Source of the DNA: the human T2T-CHM13v2.0 reference genome, Homo sapiens
Assembly: GCF_009914755.1 (NCBI RefSeq)
Contig: NC_060937.1
Strand: one strand, 5' to 3'
Length of the DNA stretch: 64,000 bases
A program made the position numbers and the translations under genes. Numbering within the stretch: position 1 is the stretch's first letter; every line of letters begins with the position of its first letter. Shown piece after piece: positions 59,347 to 64,000 of this stretch. The notes under the pieces are model-generated. The model did no database searches. It saw only the letters and a list, made by a program, of their open reading frames with translations, and had not been told where the DNA came from.

Positions 59347-62300
59347 TTTTATTAATATATTATAATTGTGCATATTTGGGGGTACATGTAATGTTTTGAT
59401 GCATGTGAACAATAAGTAATAATCAAATCAGGGTAATTGGGATAGCCATCAACTCAAATATTAATCTTTTTTTGTATTGGGAACATTACAATTCTTTTCT
59501 TCTAGCTATTTTGAAATGTACAACATATTACTATTGACTAAAATTTCCTACTGTACTATTAAATATTAGAATTTATTTCTTCTATTTAATTGTATTTTTG
59601 TACCCATTAACCAGTTTTCTCTTGTTTTTCCCCTTCCCTCTTCCCTTCACCGCTTCTGGTAACCACCATTCTACTTTCTATCTCCATGAGGTTTGCTTTT
59701 TTAACTCCCACCTATGAGGGAGAACAAGCAATATTTGTCTTTCTGGGCCTGGCTTATTTCACTTAACATAATGACCTCCACTTCCATCCATGTTGCTGCA
59801 AATGACAGGATTTCATTTTGTTTTCTTTTCCATTGTTCATTAATACCACATTTTCTTTATTCATTCATCCACTGATGGACACTTAGGTTGACTTCATATT
59901 TTGGCTATTATGAATAGTGCTGTAATAAACACGGAAGTGTAGTTAACTCTTTGGTGTAGTGATTTCCTTTCTTTTGGATATATACCCAGCAGTGAGATTG
60001 CTGGATCATATGGTAGCTCAATTTTTAGTTTTTTGATGAACCTCCATACTGTTTTCCATGATAGCTGTACTACTTTACATTTCTACCAACAGTATATGAG
60101 TGTTCCCTTTTCTCGGCATCCTCACCAGCATTTGTTATTTTTTGTCTTTTTGATAATAGCCATTCTAACTGGTGTAAGATGACGTATCACTGCAGTTTTG
60201 ATTTACATTTGCCTGATGATTAATGATGTTGAGCATTTTTAAATATACCTGTTAGTTATTTGTGTGTCTTTTTTTAGAAATGTCCATTCAGATATTTTGC
60301 CCATTTTTTAATCAGATTATCTGTTTGTTTGTTGTTCAGTTGTCTTGAGTTCCTTGTATGTTCTGGTTATTAATCTCTTATGGAATGGATAGCTTACAAA
60401 TATTTTCTCACATTCTGTGAGTTTTTTCTTTGTTGATTGTTTCCTTTGCTATGCAGAAGCTTTTAAACTTGATGTAATCCCATTTGTCTAGATTTGCTTT
60501 TGTTGCCTGTGCTTTTGAGGTCTTACACAAATTATCTTTGCCCAGACCAATGTCCTGGAGCATTTCCCCAATGTTTTCTTCTAGTACTTTTATAGTTTCA
60601 AGTCTTACATTTAAGACTTTAATCCATTTCGAGTTGATTTTTTGTGTATGGTGAAGGATGGAGATCTAGTTTCATTCTTCTGCATGTGAATATCCAGTTT
60701 CCCAGCACTATTTATTGAATAGACTGTCCTTTCCCAAATGTATGTTCTTTCTGCCTTTGTTGAAAATTGTCTGGCTGTAAGGGTGTTTATTTATTCCTGG
60801 GTTCTCTATTCTGTTCCATTGATTTATGTGTCTGTTTTAATGCCAGCACCATGCTATTACGCCTCTAGCTTTGTTTTTTTTTTCTCAGTATTGCCTTAGC
60901 TTTTGTGGGTCCATACAAATTTTAAGATTGTTTTTCCAATTTCCATGAAGAATGTCATTGGAATTTTGATAAGGATTGCACTGAATCTGTAGATCACTTT
61001 GGGTAGTATACACATTTTAACAACATTAATTCTTCCAATCCATGAGCATGAAATACCTTTCCATTTTTGTGTGTTCTTATTTCTTTTATTAATGTTTTAT
61101 AGTTTTCCTTGTAGAGATCTTACTTCTTTGATTAAATTTATTTCTAGGTATATTTTTCATAAAGTTGGAAAGAGAATTGCTTTCTTGATTTCTTTTTCAG
61201 ATTGATTGCTATTAGCATATAGAAATGCTACTGACTTTTGTCAGTATCCTGCAACTTTAGTAAATTTGTGTACCAGTTCTAAGAGGTCTTTGGTGGAGTC
61301 TGCAAACAAGGATAATTTTACTTCTTCTTTTTTAATTCTGATGTTATTTATTTCCTTTTCTTGCCTAATTGCTCAGGCTAGAACTTCCAGTACCATGTTG
61401 AATAAAAGTAGTGGCAGTGGGCATCCTTGCTTTGTTCCACTCATTAGCAGAAAGGATTTTAGTTTTTACTTATTCAGTGTGGTATTAGCTGTGGGCTTGT
61501 CATATATGATCTTTATCATGTTGACTTTCTAAATCCAATTTCTTCCGTGTTTCATCATGGAGGGACATTTAATTTTATTGAAGCCTTTTTCAGCATCTAT
61601 TGAAATGACCATATGGGTTTTGTCCTTCATTCTGTTGACACCATGTATCATATTAATTGATTTGTATATGTTGAACCATTCTTGCATCCCTAGGATGAAT
61701 CCCACTTGATCATGGTGAAGGAACTTCTTAATGTGTTGTTGCATTCTATTTGCTAGTGTACTGTTGAGGATTTTTGTATCTATGTTTTTTAGGGATTTTG
61801 GTCTGTATTTTTCTTTTGTGTGTGTGTGTCCTTGTCTGGTTTTGGTATCAGGTGGCTAATATGTTGAGTTTGGAAATATTACTTCCTCTTCCATTTTTGA
61901 AATAGTTTGAGTAGAATTGGTATTAGCTTTTCTTTAAATGTTTGGTAGAATTCAGCACTGGATCCATCATTTCCTGGGCTTTTCATTGGTGGTAAACTTT
62001 TTGTTACTCCTTAGATTTTGTTACTCATTATTGGTCTGTTTGGGTTTTCCATTTCTTCATGGGTCAAACTTGATGGATTATATGTATTAATATCAGGACT
62101 TTATCCGTTTCCTCTAGGTTGTCTAATCTGTTGGCATGTTATTGCTCATATTAATATCTAACGATTTGTTGTATTTCTGTAGTTTCAGTGGCAATGTTTC
62201 CTTTTTCATCTCTGGTTTTATTTACTTGAATCCTCTTTCTTCTGTGGTTAGTCAAGCTAAATATTTGTCAATTTTGTATTTTAAAAAACTTTTTCTTTTG

Positions 62301-64000
62301 TCAATCTTCTGTATTTTTTTAGTCTCAATTTTATTTACTTATGCCCTAATCTCTATTATTTACTTCCTTCTACCAATTTCGATTTGCTTTGTTCTTGATT
62401 TTCTAGTTCCTCTAGGTACATTGTTGGGTTCTTTATTTGAAGTCTTTCTATTTTTTTGATGTAAGCATTTATTGCTATAAACTTCCCTCTTAGTACCATT
62501 TTTGCTGTATCCCATAGGTTCTGGAATGTAGTGTTTCCTTGGTTTCAAGAAAATTTTAAAATTTCTTCTTCTTTTATTTATTGACTTCATTGGTCGTTCA
62601 GGAGCATGTTATTTTCTTTTAATGTATTTGGACAGTTTTCAAAATTCATTATGTTATTGATTCTTAGTTTTATTCTGTTGTGGTTGGAAAATATATGAAA
62701 TAGATTTTGACTTTTCTGAATTTTTTGAGACTTGTTTTGTGGCCCTGCATATGATCTTTCCTGGAGAATGTTTCATGTGTTGATAAGAAAAATATTCTGT
62801 AGCCATTGAATGACTTGTTCTCTAAATGTTTGTTAGGTCAGTTTGAGAGTATAGTTTAATTGTAATTTTTCTTGTTGATTTTCTGCTTGGATGATCTGTC
62901 CATTGCTGAAAGTGAGTGTTGAAGTCTCATGTTATTATTGTATTGCAGTGTATCTCTCCCTTTAGATCTATTAACATACACTTTATATGTCTGGGTGCTC
63001 TGGTGTTGGGTGCACATATATTTATTATTGTTAAAACATTTTGCTGAGTTGACTCCTTTATCATTATATAATGACTATTTGTGTCTCTTTTTACAGTTTT
63101 GACTCAAAGTTCACTTTATCTGATATGAGTGTAGCTACTTTTGTCCCTTTTTGGATTTCCATTAGTGTGGAATGCCTTTTTCCATTCCTTCACTTTCAGT
63201 CTATGTGTTTATTCATAGATGAAGTGAGTTTTGTGTAGGCATCACATAGTTGGGTCCTGTTTTTTAATCTATTTGCTACTCTATGTCTTTTAATTGGAGA
63301 ATTTAGTCCAATTACATTCAATATTATTATTAACAGGTAAGGACTTACTACTGCCTATTCGTTACTTATTTTCCTTATGTTTTGTAACTCCTCTCTTCCT
63401 TTCTTCCAGTCTTCCTTTTTGGTTAAGTGACTTTCCTTTGTAGTATATGTTTAAATTTGTTGTTTTTTACTTTTACATTATCTGTTATAGGTTTTTGCTT
63501 TGTGGTTATCATAACCTTACAAAAAACATTCTATAGTTATAATAAGTATTTAATACTGATACCAACTTAACTTTGATTGCAAGAAGAAAATAAAGAAACC
63601 TCAAAATGCAAACCTGTACACACTAACTTCATTCTCCCACGTTTTGAATTTTCATTGTCACAATTTACATTTTTTATACTGCCCACCTCTTAAGTTGTAG
63701 TTATTATTTTTAATAGCTTTGTATTTGAGTCTTCTTAGACTAAAGATATAAGCAATCTAAACATCATGAGTATAGTATTACCATAACAATCATGTTAGGA
63801 TCCTTTTGTTTCATTTTTAATAACTCCCTTTAGCATATCTTGTTGGACAGGCCTGGTAGCTATAAATTCCCTCAGCTTTTGTTCATCTGGAAAAGTCTTT
63901 GTTAGTCCATTTTTAAAGGCTAGCTTTGCGGTGTACAGTATTTTTGGTTGACAATTTGTTTTCTTTTTTTTCTTTTAGCACTCTGAATATATTGTTCCAC
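59347..64000 (-). mobile_element. L1MA-type LINE (3'UTR, degenerate ORF2, inter-ORF region); continues past the window end
   Basis: L1MA 3'UTR aatcaaatcagggtaatt; ORF2 RT remnant [32 protein letters not shown] at 61529-61744; many stops. Confidence 0.93.

Noticed and set aside
60999-62590. ORFs in the terminal L1, including an RT fragment
   Set aside because: Short remnants between many stops in a dead L1MA element

Overview
Primate (most likely human) non-coding DNA, intergenic or deep intronic. I recognise no protein-coding gene, RNA gene or processed pseudogene. The recognisable ORFs are Alu, L1 or LTR frames and the rest look like chance frames. Roughly half of the window is interspersed repeat: 23 Alus (J, S and Y families, one monomer, one young AluYa5-like chimera), L1 fragments (including an L1PA7-like piece with a TSD and a ~4.6 kb L1MA running off the right end), L2/L3/MIR relics, MaLR LTRs (MLT1, MST, THE1), ERV LTRs (MER21, MER57, MER61, LTR47, MER4A, two convergent LTR12) and DNA-transposon MITEs (MER94, MER53, MER104, MER102, MER1B). 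Subfamily names come from recalled consensus motifs and need RepeatMasker/Dfam confirmation; ends of old repeats are approximate. I found no new biological system. The most unusual signal is a set of fossil template-switch rearrangements. In two of them (42.4 kb and 27.6 kb) a ~100-bp inverted copy of nearby DNA is pasted between ~20-bp direct repeats next to small hairpins; a third 28-bp direct-repeat structure lies at 24.2-24.5 kb. Also notable are the chimeric AluYa5, the convergent LTR12 pair and an NF-kB/AP-1 motif cluster near 36.8 kb.
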